Origin: an uncultured Candidatus Rokubacteria bacterium
GTDB taxonomy: Bacteria; Methylomirabilota; Methylomirabilia; Rokubacteriales; CSP1-6
Direction of reading: 5' to 3'
Assembly (NCBI GenBank): GCA_963762145.1
Contig: CAVXJS010000008.1
Coordinates: 72,191-136,190 of the forward strand
DNA: 64,000 bases
In this document: one piece after another, positions 9,482 to 18,760 of the stretch
How the letters are laid out: the number at the start of each line of letters is the position of its first letter
Position numbering within the stretch: the stretch's first letter is position 1
The notes under the pieces: generated by a model
The model's database searches: none
What the model was told of the DNA's origin: nothing
The model's input: only the letters and a program-made list of their open reading frames with translations
Program-made: the position numbers and the translations under genes

Positions 9482-10621
9482 CTATCTCCAGAGTTGCCGG
9501 GACGCCAGCCGCGCGCCCTCGGTCATCGACTTGAGCTTCTCCCAGACGATCTCGGGCTCGACGAGGGCCTGCGACCGCGCGAAGGTGGCGAAGCCGCAAT
9601 CGCTGCCCGCCATCACCCGCTCGCGCCCCACCACGTCCGCGTAGCGGACGAGGCGCTGAGCGACCAGCTCGGGGTGCTCGATGAAGTTGGTGGTGGTGTC
9701 GAGCACGCCCGGGATGATCACCTTGTCGTCGGGCAGATTCACCTGCCGGAACACGATCCACTCGTGCGCGTGACGCGGGTTGGCGCCCTCGAACGACAGC
9801 GCCTGCGGCCGGGCCCGGAGCACCACGGGCAGGATCTCGCGGAGCGGGATGTCCCGGTGGTGCGGGCCCTCGTAGTTCCCCCAGCACAGGTGCAGGCGCA
9901 TCCGATCCGGCGGGATGTCGCGGAGCGCGTGGTTGAGCGCGTCCACGTTGCCCTCCGCGAGCTTCACGAACTCCGCGTTGCTGAGGTCGGGAAACGCCAG
10001 GTGCCGGCTCATGGCCAGGTCCGGGCAGTCCACCTGGAGGAGGAAGCCGGCCCGGTGGATGGCGTCGTACTCCTCCTTCATCACGTCGACCAGCTGCGCC
10101 AGGTAGGCCTCGCGGCTCGGATAGTGCGTGTTCTGGAGGAAGTGCGCGATCACGCCGGGCGAGGCGGCGGACATGAAGGCCTCGGTGGGCACGGCGGCGT
10201 CCACGGCCGCGCGCAGGTTGGCCACGTCCTTGCCCACCGCGGCGCGGTCCTTCCAGTCGATGGGGCCGTTGCAGGCCGGGCGCATGATCGCGGCGCGGCG
10301 CTCCGCGCGGGCCGCCGCTTCGGGGAAGTCCGCCCAGTCGGCCCGCTTGGCCGCCCCGCTCTGGCCGTCGAAGCCGGTGAGCCGGTGCCGCACGTAGGTC
10401 GAGTAGCCCACCTTGCCCTGCTCGCCGTCGCTGACCACGTCCACGCCCGCGTCCACCTGCAGGCGCACGATGTCGGCCACCGCGCGGCGGACGCGCGCCT
10501 CGAGCGCGGCCGGCTCGGTGGCCCCGCCGGTGTCCAGCGCGTCGAGCATCACGGCCAGATCGGGCGGCCGCGGGAGGCTGCCGGTGTGCGTGGTCAGGAT
10601 GCGGTCCGTGCTTCGCTTCAT
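9482..10621 (-). CDS. Cobalamin-independent methionine synthase II family protein (MetE C-terminal-like)
   Basis: ILTTHTGSLPRP, SDGE, HLCWGNY and AGSDCGF zinc-ligand motifs. Confidence 0.88.
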   Translation of the reverse strand: MKRSTDRILTTHTGSLPRPPDLAVMLDALDTGGATEPAALEARVRRAVADIVRLQVDAGVDVVSDGEQGKVGYSTYVRHRLTGFDGQSGAAKRADWADFPEAAARAERRAAIMRPACNGPIDWKDRAAVGKDVANLRAAVDAAVPTEAFMSAASPGVIAHFLQNTHYPSREAYLAQLVDVMKEEYDAIHRAGFLLQVDCPDLAMSRHLAFPDLSNAEFVKLAEGNVDALNHALRDIPPDRMRLHLCWGNYEGPHHRDIPLREILPVVLRARPQALSFEGANPRHAHEWIVFRQVNLPDDKVIIPGVLDTTTNFIEHPELVAQRLVRYADVVGRERVMAGSDCGFATFARSQALVEPEIVWEKLKSMTEGARLASRQLWR

Positions 10622-10633
10622 GGGGGCGAGCGA

Positions 10634-10662
10634 ATCTCACTCCACTCGCGAGCGATTGTCAA
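10634..10662 (-). promoter_or_regulatory. Putative sigma70 promoter of the MetE-like gene
   Basis: Perfect TTGACA on the minus strand (10657-10662) with a weak -10 (TGAGAT/GAGATT) 17-18 nt downstream. Confidence 0.4.
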
Positions 10663-10680
10663 GAATGTGCAACCCGAGGG

Positions 10681-10835
10681 CTACTCGATCACCTGGTCCG
10701 CCCGGTGCAGGAGCGACGGGGGGATCGTCAGGCCGAGCGCCTTCGCGGTCTTGAGGTTGATCACCAGCTCGAATTTCGTGGATTGCTCGATGGGCAGGTC
10801 TCCGGGCTTGGCGCCCTTGAGGATCTTGTCCACGT
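10681..10835 (-). pseudogene. Isolated 3'-terminal fragment of an ABC_sub_bind SBP gene
   Basis: Translates [50 protein letters not shown], closely matching the C-termini at 11667 and 12649; similarity stops abruptly near 10835. Confidence 0.85.
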
Positions 10836-11020
10836 GTCGGTGGCCGTGGGGAGACCGGACGCGCGACGGCGACGCGGGCGCGCGCGTCGAGCATCGTGGT
10901 GTATACTTACGCTCCGCCCTCTGAGGAGAAGCAGTAGGGCCTCGATGGAGGCCATCTTTGTGTACTCCTCGCTCGTGTCAAGCATCGGGGTCCTACGCGC
11001 TGTGGCCGGTGCTCTGAATC

Positions 11021-11629
11021 ATGGATGGCTGGGATCTTGTCAGACGAAGCATGGTCGTGGCGCTGGAATTCTGGGATCGTGTCAAGCAGGCGACGGTGAT
11101 GTGGCTGACGCTCTGGAACGGCGTCAGAAGGACGTGGTTCGGAATCTTAGCCAGCTTGTTCATGGTGGTCGTCATCATCGCTGCGTGTTACGGGGCGTGG
11201 GGTGCATGGACTTCTTGGCGCCTTGCAAAGCTGGCATCGGTTTCGACGACTTGGCCGAATATCAGAATCTTGAATGACGTGACGGTCGAGACTAGAACGA
11301 GGTGTAGAGAATCGGTGCTGTCCTACATCGTAGTACTAGTCCCTCCGAAGAATGATGACGCGGTGACTTTGGCGGACAAGACCGACGCCGCCAAAGTCAT
11401 GACCGACAGACTCAGAGAACGTCTCAAAGCGATCCACCTGAGATTTGTCGATAAGGACGGCTTCCCTACTGCGGCCTATGACGTGGCCATCGATGAGTTC
11501 GTCAGGTTGTACTTCAGCGACCATGCACGCCCCACGACTCTTGAGGCTCGGGGCCGGGTCCCTTGTAGTCCTGCCAGTTACCTTCAAACCAAGTCACTCC
11601 TCCTGAGCTGGACAGAACGGCCTGAGTGA
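11021..11629 (+). CDS. Hypothetical membrane-anchored protein (orphan)
   Basis: 202-aa ORF, one hydrophobic segment (FGILASLFMVVVIIAACYG), visibly more AT-rich than the flanks. Confidence 0.6.
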   Translation: MDGWDLVRRSMVVALEFWDRVKQATVMWLTLWNGVRRTWFGILASLFMVVVIIAACYGAWGAWTSWRLAKLASVSTTWPNIRILNDVTVETRTRCRESVLSYIVVLVPPKNDDAVTLADKTDAAKVMTDRLRERLKAIHLRFVDKDGFPTAAYDVAIDEFVRLYFSDHARPTTLEARGRVPCSPASYLQTKSLLLSWTERPE

Positions 11630-11666
11630 GCAGCCGCGAGTGCCAGCCGCAAGAGAGCGCCTACCC

Positions 11667-12652
11667 CTACTCGATCAGGTGATCCGCCCGCTGCAGGAGC
11701 GACGGCGGCATCGTGAGACCGAGGGCTTTGGCGGTCCTCAGGTTGATGACCAGCTCATACTTCGCGGGCTGCTGGATGGGAAGATCGGCAGGCTTCGCGC
11801 CCTTGAGGATCTTGTCCACATAGGCCGCGGCGTGGCGGGAGAGTTCGACGATACCGCTGCCGTATGACATCAGGCCGCCCACTTCCACGTGCTCGCGCAC
11901 TCGTAGATCGCGGGCAAGCGGTACTTGGCGGCTCGCTCGACGATCTGCTTCCGGTCGCGAGTGAGGATGGGGCTCGGGAGGACAAAGAGCGCCTCGCTTC
12001 TCTCCGAAACCATCCTCGCGAAGGCGCGGTCGTAGTCACTACCCTGAATCTCGACGACGACCAGCTTGACCCGCAGGGCTGACGCCGCCTTCTGCGCCTC
12101 CTGCAGCGAATCCCCGCCGTGTCCACCGACAGCGAGGACCGCGAGCCGCGCGACCCCCGGGACCGCTTCCATGATCAACTCCAACCGTTTGCCGGCGAGC
12201 GCGGTCTCGCCAGCGGTTGTCACCCCGGTGATGTTCCCGCCTGGCCTTGAAAGGCTTGCCACCCATCCCCTCGCGACAGGATCGCCGCCAAAGATCATGA
12301 CGATTGGGACTGTTGCTGTCGTGTCTTTTGCGGCCTGAACGGCCGGCTCGCTCAAGGCGACGATGACGTCCACCTGGAGCCCCACCAGCTCGCGGGTGAG
12401 CTGGGGAAGCCGGTCGATTCGGCCATCCGCGAATCGTCGCTCGACGACGAGGTTTCGGCCGTCGACGTAGCCCAGCTCGCGCAGGGCCACGGGGACAAGG
12501 TTCGGTGCCGTGGCAACCGAGGGGTCTGGGACCCCGCCGGGCGAGAGGATGCCCACACGGGACACCTTCCCCGTCTGCTGCGCCTCGGCGGCGAGCGGCG
12601 AGTGGAGGAGCGCGCCCGCCGCCGCCGCGATGAAGGCCCGGCGGCCGATCAC
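11667..12652 (-). CDS. ABC_sub_bind-family SBP with Tat-like signal (frameshift near 11900)
   Basis: [13 protein letters not shown]...[12 protein letters not shown]...[11 protein letters not shown] in one frame, continuing GGLMSYG...[19 protein letters not shown] in another; restoring one G gives YEWREHVE. Confidence 0.85.
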
Positions 12653-13633
12653 TCGATCACCTGGTCCGCCCGCTGCAAGAGCGACGGCGGGATCGTCAGG
12701 CCGAGGGCCTTAGCGGTCTTGAGGTTCAGCACCAGCTCGAACTTCGTGGGCTGCTCGAGCGGAAGCTCGGCGGGTTTTGCGCCGCGCAGGATGCGGTCGA
12801 CGTACACCGCGGCGCGCTGAAATCGATCCAGGCGGCCGGGACCGTAAGAGAGCAGCCCCCCTTCGTCCGGAAACTGCCGTTGCTCATAGAACGCAGGCAG
12901 GCGGTGGCGCTCCGCGAGCTCGACGACCCGTCGCGAGTCGCCGTGGAGCATCGGGTCCGACACCACGATCAACGCGTCGGTACCCAGCCGGGCCATCTTG
13001 TCGAATGCCCCCGCAAGGTCTCCCCCCTTGCGGACATCTACCACATGAGCCCGTACCGACAAGGGTCTTGAGGCCGCTTCGATGGCACGAACGACCGGCG
13101 GGGTCGTGGGGTTCGCCAAGTTCGCGAGCACACCGATGATGTCCGCCTTGGGGAGGATCTCTCGAATGAGCTGAAGGCGTTTCCCACTCAGCTCCGGCGC
13201 GAAGCCCGATACCCCGGTTGACGTTGCCGCTCGGGCGCGCCAGGTCCGGCACCACGCCTGCACTCAGCGCATCCCCGAGCGTCTCGATGACGATAGGGAT
13301 CGTACTTGTCGCCTGCATCGCTGCCTTGATGGCGGGCGCCGCGACCGCGAAGATCGCATCCGGCTTCCGGACAACCAGCTCGGTCGCCAGGGCCGGAAGC
13401 CGATCGTACCGGTTGTCGGCATACCGAAAGTCCAGAGCCAGATTCTTGCCTTCGATCCACCCGAGCTCCGATAGACGCGCACGGAATGCCTTGAACGTTT
13501 CGGCGTCTGGAACGGCGGATCCAGCGACGAGGACACCCACCCGCGCGACTCTCCCGGACGGCTGAGGCTGAGCAGCGACCGGCGCGGCGAGGAAGCTTCC
13601 GGCCACCGTTCCAAGGAAGGTACGTCGGTCCAC
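12649..13633 (-). CDS. ABC_sub_bind-family SBP with Tat-like signal (frameshift near 13220)
   Basis: MDRRTFLG...LSELGWIEGKNL...LARPSGNV, then TGVSGF...GGLLSYG...KPAELPLEQPTKFELV; one extra A in gtcaacc. Confidence 0.85.
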
Positions 13634-13900
13634 ACAACCCCCCGCCGGGCCGCCCGTCTAGAGGGTCCGGGGCGGAGAGAACCCAAGCTTGGCGAAGTTA
13701 CACCCGCGCCGAGTGAGTCCGCTACATCTTCTTGTCGGCCATGCCTTCCGGCGGCACGGTGGGCTTCCCTAGATGCGACCCGGTGCCCCCTGCCGATCGG
13801 TAAGCAGACTCCGGCCACTCTGAACGAACGCCCCGGTACTTCTTCCGCACTTCGCACCGTCCAAGTTCCTTTAACCTCGGTTTGGTGTAGTCCGCCCGCC

Positions 13901-13916
13901 CGGCACGCTGCTTGCT
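13901..13916 (+). promoter_or_regulatory. sigma54 (-24/-12) promoter
   Basis: CGGCACGCTGCTTGCT against consensus TGGCACGNNNNTTGCW; exact GG-N10-GC spacing; 30 nt upstream of ATG 13947. Confidence 0.7.
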
Positions 13917-13946
13917 CCTGCGCCGAAGCCCAGAGGCCTGAAAGCC

Positions 13947-14084
13947 ATGCCCAAGTGCGAGAAGTGCGGCGCACAGATGGCGACGATACTCAAGCGGGAA
14001 GGTGGGAAGACCCAGACGGTGTACGAGTGCTTGGAGTGTAGACGAGAGGAACCAGGCAGGCCGCCCCTAGCCGGTGACGAGTAG
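13947..14084 (+). CDS. 45-aa zinc-ribbon microprotein (absent from ORF track)
   Basis: MPKCEKCGAQMATILKREGGKTQTVYECLECRREEPGRPPLAGDE*: CxxC-x20-CxxC; GAGG upstream. Confidence 0.65.
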   Translation: MPKCEKCGAQMATILKREGGKTQTVYECLECRREEPGRPPLAGDE

Positions 14085-14095
14085 GGGGCTGTCCG

Positions 14096-14293
14096 GTGCC
14101 CGTCCTCAGCGGTGTGGTGAGTGAAGAGGGTGAAGGCTTCCTCGTGCTGGGCGGCGGAACACGGGTCAAGGTCCGGTCGAGTGTACGGCCCGCGGATCTG
14201 GTCGTCGGCGCCCGTGTGGTGGTGACCGCCCAGCTCCGAGGAGCCGAGTGGGTTGCCGAGGACGTCCGGGTTGAGGGTAGTCGGTGTCCGTGA
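14096..14293 (+). CDS. Small beta-rich protein, DUF5666/OB-fold-like
   Basis: SGVV...FLVLGGGTRVKV...DLVVGARVVVTA...WVAEDVRVE pattern; its stop overlaps the next start (GTGA). Confidence 0.5.
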   Translation: MPVLSGVVSEEGEGFLVLGGGTRVKVRSSVRPADLVVGARVVVTAQLRGAEWVAEDVRVEGSRCP

Positions 14294-14655
14294 AGCGCCT
14301 CTTGATAGTGGATGACGACGAGAACCTCCGAGAAGTGCTCTCCGACGTTCTGAGCGAACGTGGGCGTGTGATCGATACCGCCGGCGACGGTATCGAAGCG
14401 GTAGCGATGATCGGTCAAAATCAGTATGACCTGATCCTCAGCGATCTCAGTATGCCGGGCCTCGACGGTCCCGCCCTCTACGACGCCATTCACTCCATTG
14501 ACCCTGCGAGCGCGCCTCGGGTGATCTTCATGACCGGGCACGCTGATGGTGGGGCCTACGCCGAGTTCCTCAAAGGGACAACGGAGCCGATGCTGGAGAA
14601 GCCCTTCAATCTGGACGTTGTTCGAAACCTGGTGAACGTGCTGCTGAGGGATTAG
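14290..14655 (+). CDS. Single-domain response regulator (CheY-like)
   Basis: LLIVDDD, DLILSDLSMPGLDG, FMTG and LEKPF motifs. Confidence 0.9.
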   Translation: MKRLLIVDDDENLREVLSDVLSERGRVIDTAGDGIEAVAMIGQNQYDLILSDLSMPGLDGPALYDAIHSIDPASAPRVIFMTGHADGGAYAEFLKGTTEPMLEKPFNLDVVRNLVNVLLRD

Positions 14656-14685
14656 GGGAGGGCGCGAGCGCACGGGCGCCAAGAA

Positions 14686-14694
14686 TGCTACAGT
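14686..14694 (+). promoter_or_regulatory. Extended -10 element for the amidohydrolase operon
   Basis: TGCTACAGT upstream of GAGGAGG SD and ATG 14739. Confidence 0.45.
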
Positions 14695-14738
14695 CTCAGC
14701 CGACCCGGCCCTGATCTCCCACCACGAGGAGGATCGCC

Positions 14739-15861
14739 ATGGGACGCGCTTACAACGTCATCGACGCCGACGGCCACGTGCTCGAACCGGTGGACATCTG
14801 GGACAAGTACATCGATCCCGGCCTGTCGCGAGCGGGCGCCGCGGATCGTCATCGACACCGACGGCAAGGAGCGCCTCCTCGTCGAGGGGCAGGTCCTCGG
14901 CAGCCAGAAGGGCTTCGGCGTCATCGGCGCGATCGGGGCCCGGCAGGGCGAGGTAGTCCCGGAGGAGACCATGAAGTACGTGGACGGCCGGCGCGGCGGG
15001 TTCGATCCGCACGCCCGCATCCCGGACATGGATCTGGACGGCATCGACGCCGCCTTCCTCTACCCGAGCGTCGGCCTCTTCGCGGGCGCGGTGCGGGAGC
15101 CGGGGCTCGCGGCCGGGATGTGCCGCGCCTACAATCGCTGGCTCGCGGACTACTGCCAGCCCTATCCCGACCGGCTGTTCGGGGTGGCGATGCTGCCGAT
15201 GCAGTCGATCGACCTGGCGATCCAGGAGATGCGCTACGCGCGGAAGGAGCTGGGCATGCGCGCCGGCTTCCTCCGGCCCAACCCCTACAACGGCAAGATG
15301 CTGCACCACCCGGACTACGCCCCGTTCTGGGAGGAGGTCCAGGAGCTGGACATGGCGATCGGGATCCACGAGGGCGCGAGCGGCGGCATGCCCCAGGTCG
15401 GCGTGGACCGCTTCGAGACGCGCGGGGCCCGGCACATCATCTCGCACACGATGGAGATGATGCTGGCCGCGATGAGCGTGATCTGGAGCGGGGTATGCGA
15501 CCGCTACCCACGCGTGCGGATCGGCTTCATGGAGTCGGGCGGCGGGTGGATCGCGCCGTGGCTCGATCGGATGGATCGCCACTTCGACGACCAGGGCTTC
15601 AACGACTCGGGCCTCTCCATGCGGCCGACCGAGCTGTTCCGGCGCAACTGCTGGATCTCGTTCGAGCCGGTCGAGGGCTGCCTGAGCGCCCTGGCCGACT
15701 ACATCGGCCCGCACAAGATCCTGTGGGCCACCGACTACCCGCATCCCGACGGCTTCTTCCCCGGCGCCCCGCAGCTCATCGCGAACCGGCCCGAGCTGTC
15801 GGACGCGACGAAGCGCGAGATCCTGGGCGGGGGCGCCCGGCGCTTCTACGGTCTGACGTAG
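14739..15861 (+). CDS. Amidohydrolase family 2 (frameshift near 14820)
   Basis: VIDADGHVLEP; DMDLDGIDAAFLYPS, RAYNRWLADYC, ESGGGW and WATDYPHPD motifs; one extra C in a C-run. Confidence 0.85.
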
Positions 15862-15867
15862 CCGCCC

Positions 15868-17076
15868 GTGACCGACCGGGCGCTGACCGGCCTCCGCATC
15901 CTCGACCTCACCCAGTTCGAGGCGGGCACCTCCTGCACCCAGCTCCTGGGCTGGCTGGGCGCCGACGTCATCAAGATCGAGCCGCCCGGCGGCGAGCAGT
16001 CGCGCCGGAACCGGCCGGAGGTGCCGGGGCTCGACGCGATGTTCTTCCTGCTCTTCAACTCCAACAAGCGCAGCGTCACCATCGATCTCAAGAAGCCGGA
16101 AGGCCACGCGCTGTTCCTCCAGCTGGCCGAGCGGGCGGACGTGGTGGTCGAGAACTTCGCCCCCGGCCTGATGGAGCGGCTCGGGCTCGACTGGGAGCGC
16201 CTGCGCGCGGTGAATCCGCGCATCATCCTCGCGCGCCTCAAAGGCTTCGGCCTCTCGGGCCCGTATCACGAGTTCAAGAGCTTCGACATGATCGCCCAGG
16301 CGATGGGCGGCGTGATGAGCGTCACCGGCTTCCCGGACCGCGAGCCCGTGCTCTGCGGCGCCAACATCGGCGACAGCGGCGCCGGCGTGCACATGGCGGC
16401 CGGCATCATGGCCGCGGTCATCGAGCGGCAGCGGACGGGCCGGGGCCAGACGGTGGAGGTCTCCATGCAGGAGGCGGTGGCGAATCTCATCCGCCAGCGC
16501 TACGTGGTCCACTACCGCGACGGCAAGCCCACGCCCCGCCGGGGCAACGGCGCGCCGCCGGGCGCGGTGCCCGACGGGCTCTACGCGTGCGCGCCGGGCG
16601 GCCCCAACGACTACGTCTACATCTACGTGCAGCCGATGAACCAGGGCATGTGGCAGGACTTCGCCCGCGCGATCGGGCGCGAGGACCTGCTCGCCGACCC
16701 GCGCTGCGTCGACGCGGCTACCAGATGGGCTCATCGGGACGCGCTCAACGGCATCGCGCGGGCCTGGACGGGCGCGCGCTCCAAGCAGGAGGTGCTCGAG
16801 ACGCTCGGCAAGGCGGGCGTGCCGTGCGGCGCGATCCTGGACACGCAGGAGGTGCTGGACGACCCGCACATGAACGCGCGCGGCGCCGTCCTGACGATCG
16901 ATCATCCGACGCGCGGCCGGTTCCGGGTGCCCGGCTGCCCGATCCGCCTGTCATCCTCCGAGCCGGTGACGACGCCGCCGCCGCTGGCGGGCCAGCACAC
17001 CGACGAGGTCCTGGCCGAGGTGCTGGGCCTGTCGCCCCAGGCGGTGGCGGATCTGCGGGCACGCGCCGCGATCTGA
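15868..17076 (+). CDS. Family III CoA transferase (formyl-CoA transferase-like)
   Basis: ILDLTQFEAGTSCTQLLGWLGADVIKIEPP, NSNKRS, ADVVVENFAPG and IGDSGAG (catalytic Asp). Confidence 0.9.
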   Translation: MTDRALTGLRILDLTQFEAGTSCTQLLGWLGADVIKIEPPGGEQSRRNRPEVPGLDAMFFLLFNSNKRSVTIDLKKPEGHALFLQLAERADVVVENFAPGLMERLGLDWERLRAVNPRIILARLKGFGLSGPYHEFKSFDMIAQAMGGVMSVTGFPDREPVLCGANIGDSGAGVHMAAGIMAAVIERQRTGRGQTVEVSMQEAVANLIRQRYVVHYRDGKPTPRRGNGAPPGAVPDGLYACAPGGPNDYVYIYVQPMNQGMWQDFARAIGREDLLADPRCVDAATRWAHRDALNGIARAWTGARSKQEVLETLGKAGVPCGAILDTQEVLDDPHMNARGAVLTIDHPTRGRFRVPGCPIRLSSSEPVTTPPPLAGQHTDEVLAEVLGLSPQAVADLRARAAI

Positions 17077-17079
17077 CGC

Positions 17080-17772
17080 GTGCTCTTCGGTCACTCCGCC
17101 GCCCTCTGGCAGCAGTTCCCCCAGCTCGTCCCCGGCGTGCTCGTCGTGGCGGACGTGCGCCCCGACGTGGACGTGCCGCTCGAGCCGTGGCACGCCCGCG
17201 CCCGCGAGCGGCTCGCCCGCGGCCCGGAGTCCGAGCTGGCCGAGGTGTCGGCGTGGCGGCGCGCCTACACGCAGATGGGGCTCAAGCCCACGCAGTACCG
17301 GTCCGCGGCCGAGGCGCTGCTGCGCCGCTTCCGCCGCGAGGGCGATCTGCCGCGGCTGCATCCCCTGGTCGATCTCTGCAACGCGGTCTCGCTCGCCTTC
17401 GCCCTGCCGGTGGCGGTGTTCGACCTGGCCGGGGTCGACTCGCGGCTGGAGGTCCGGCACGCGGTGGGCGGTGAGGAGCACACCGGCTTCGGCGGCGAGA
17501 CCGAGCGCGCGGAGCCGGGCGAGGTGATCTTCGTGGACGCGGCCGATCACGCGCACGCGCGGCGGTGGACGTTCCGGCAGAGCCGCCGCTCGACGGTGTC
17601 GCCCGGGACGCGCGACGTGCTGATCGTCGCCGAGGGACTCCACCCCGCGGCCTCGACGGACGTGCCCGCCCTGATCGACGCGCTCGCCACCCACGTCGGC
17701 GGGCTGTGGGGCGCTCCTCGCCAGCGCGCGGTGCTGACCGCCGCGGCGCCGCGGCTCGAGTTCGCGGCCTGA
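17080..17772 (+). CDS. Stand-alone B3/4-domain protein (PheRS-beta editing-domain homolog)
   Basis: WRRAYTQMGLKPTQYRSAAEALLRR, LPRLHPLVDLCNAVSL and RRWTFRQS motifs. Confidence 0.88.
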   Translation: MLFGHSAALWQQFPQLVPGVLVVADVRPDVDVPLEPWHARARERLARGPESELAEVSAWRRAYTQMGLKPTQYRSAAEALLRRFRREGDLPRLHPLVDLCNAVSLAFALPVAVFDLAGVDSRLEVRHAVGGEEHTGFGGETERAEPGEVIFVDAADHAHARRWTFRQSRRSTVSPGTRDVLIVAEGLHPAASTDVPALIDALATHVGGLWGAPRQRAVLTAAAPRLEFAA

Positions 17773-18461
17773 GCGCCCCGCCGCCGGCCGGGCCCAGCGT
17801 CCGCTCCATCGTCGCGCTCTCCCTGCCCGCCGCGGCGGCGGTCCTGGTGTTCGGCAGTCTCTACGGCGCGGCGGCGCGCGGATACCTCGGCGTTCCGCTC
17901 ACGCTCGCTTCGTCGCTCCTCGTCTACTCGGGCGCGCTCCAGTTCGCGATCGTGGCCCTGCTCGGCGCGGGCGCCACCACGCTGCCGCTCCTGCTGACCG
18001 CGGGCGTGCTCAATCTCCGCCACCTGGTGCTCGGCGCCGCGCTGCGATCGCGTTTCGAGAGCGGCCCGCTGCGACGGACGCTGCTGGCCTTCTTCCTGGC
18101 GGACGAGACCTTCGGGTTCGCCATCGCGGCCGGCAACGCGGCCGAGCCGCGGGCGGTCGGCGCGGCCACCGAGCGCACGCTGCTCTACTCCGGGCTGACG
18201 CTCTATGTCGCGTGGTTCGTCGGCACGGTCGTCGGGGTGCTGTTCGGCGGGCTCGCGGCGGTCGAAGGGCTGGCGGGCGCGCTCTTCCCCGTCCTCTTCA
18301 TCGGCCTGGCCGCGCTCGCGGCGACCCGGCGCTCTCACGTGGTGCGCGCCCTCGCCGCAGCTCTCCTGACCGCCGCGGTCGCCCTCCTGCTGCCCGACCT
18401 GCGCATGCTCGCGCCGGTCGTCGCGGGCGTGGTGGTGGCCCTGCCGGGGGGCGACCGGTGA
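17769..18461 (+). CDS. azlC: AzlC-family amino acid exporter subunit
   Basis: VYSGALQF, LNLRHL and FLADETF motifs; multiple TM segments; start uncertain (in-frame CTG overlapping the upstream TGA). Confidence 0.8.
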   Translation: MSAPPPAGPSVRSIVALSLPAAAAVLVFGSLYGAAARGYLGVPLTLASSLLVYSGALQFAIVALLGAGATTLPLLLTAGVLNLRHLVLGAALRSRFESGPLRRTLLAFFLADETFGFAIAAGNAAEPRAVGAATERTLLYSGLTLYVAWFVGTVVGVLFGGLAAVEGLAGALFPVLFIGLAALAATRRSHVVRALAAALLTAAVALLLPDLRMLAPVVAGVVVALPGGDR

Positions 18462-18751
18462 GCCCGCTGGTCCTCGGCGCGCTCGCGGTGATCACGTACG
18501 TCAGCCGCGCCGTCCCGGTGGTGCTGCTCCCGCGCCCCAGCCCCCGCGTCGAGACGATCCTGTCGCGCATCCCCGCCCCGATCTTCGCGAGCCTCGCGAC
18601 CGCCACGCTCCTCGGCGACGGCGGCACGCTCGTGAGCGGCCCGACGCTGGCCGCCGCGGCGGGCGCGCTCCTGCTCAGCCCCGCCCGGTCGCTGCTGCCG
18701 TGCCTGATCGGCGGCGCCGTCGGCTACGCGGCCGCCGTCTGGCTGGGCTGA
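18458..18751 (+). CDS. azlD: AzlD-family small membrane subunit
   Basis: GTGA overlap; AVITYVSRAVP...LSRIPAPIFASL; follows azlC. Confidence 0.75.
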   Translation: MSPLVLGALAVITYVSRAVPVVLLPRPSPRVETILSRIPAPIFASLATATLLGDGGTLVSGPTLAAAAGALLLSPARSLLPCLIGGAVGYAAAVWLG

Positions 18752-18760
18752 CGCGCGCCC

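Noticed and set aside
13722-13850. Minus-strand 42-codon ORF ending MADKKM*
   Set aside because: No motif, weak start context and no independent support.
10836-14680. Prophage or IS as the explanation for the island
   Set aside because: No integrase, transposase, phage gene or terminal inverted repeat found.
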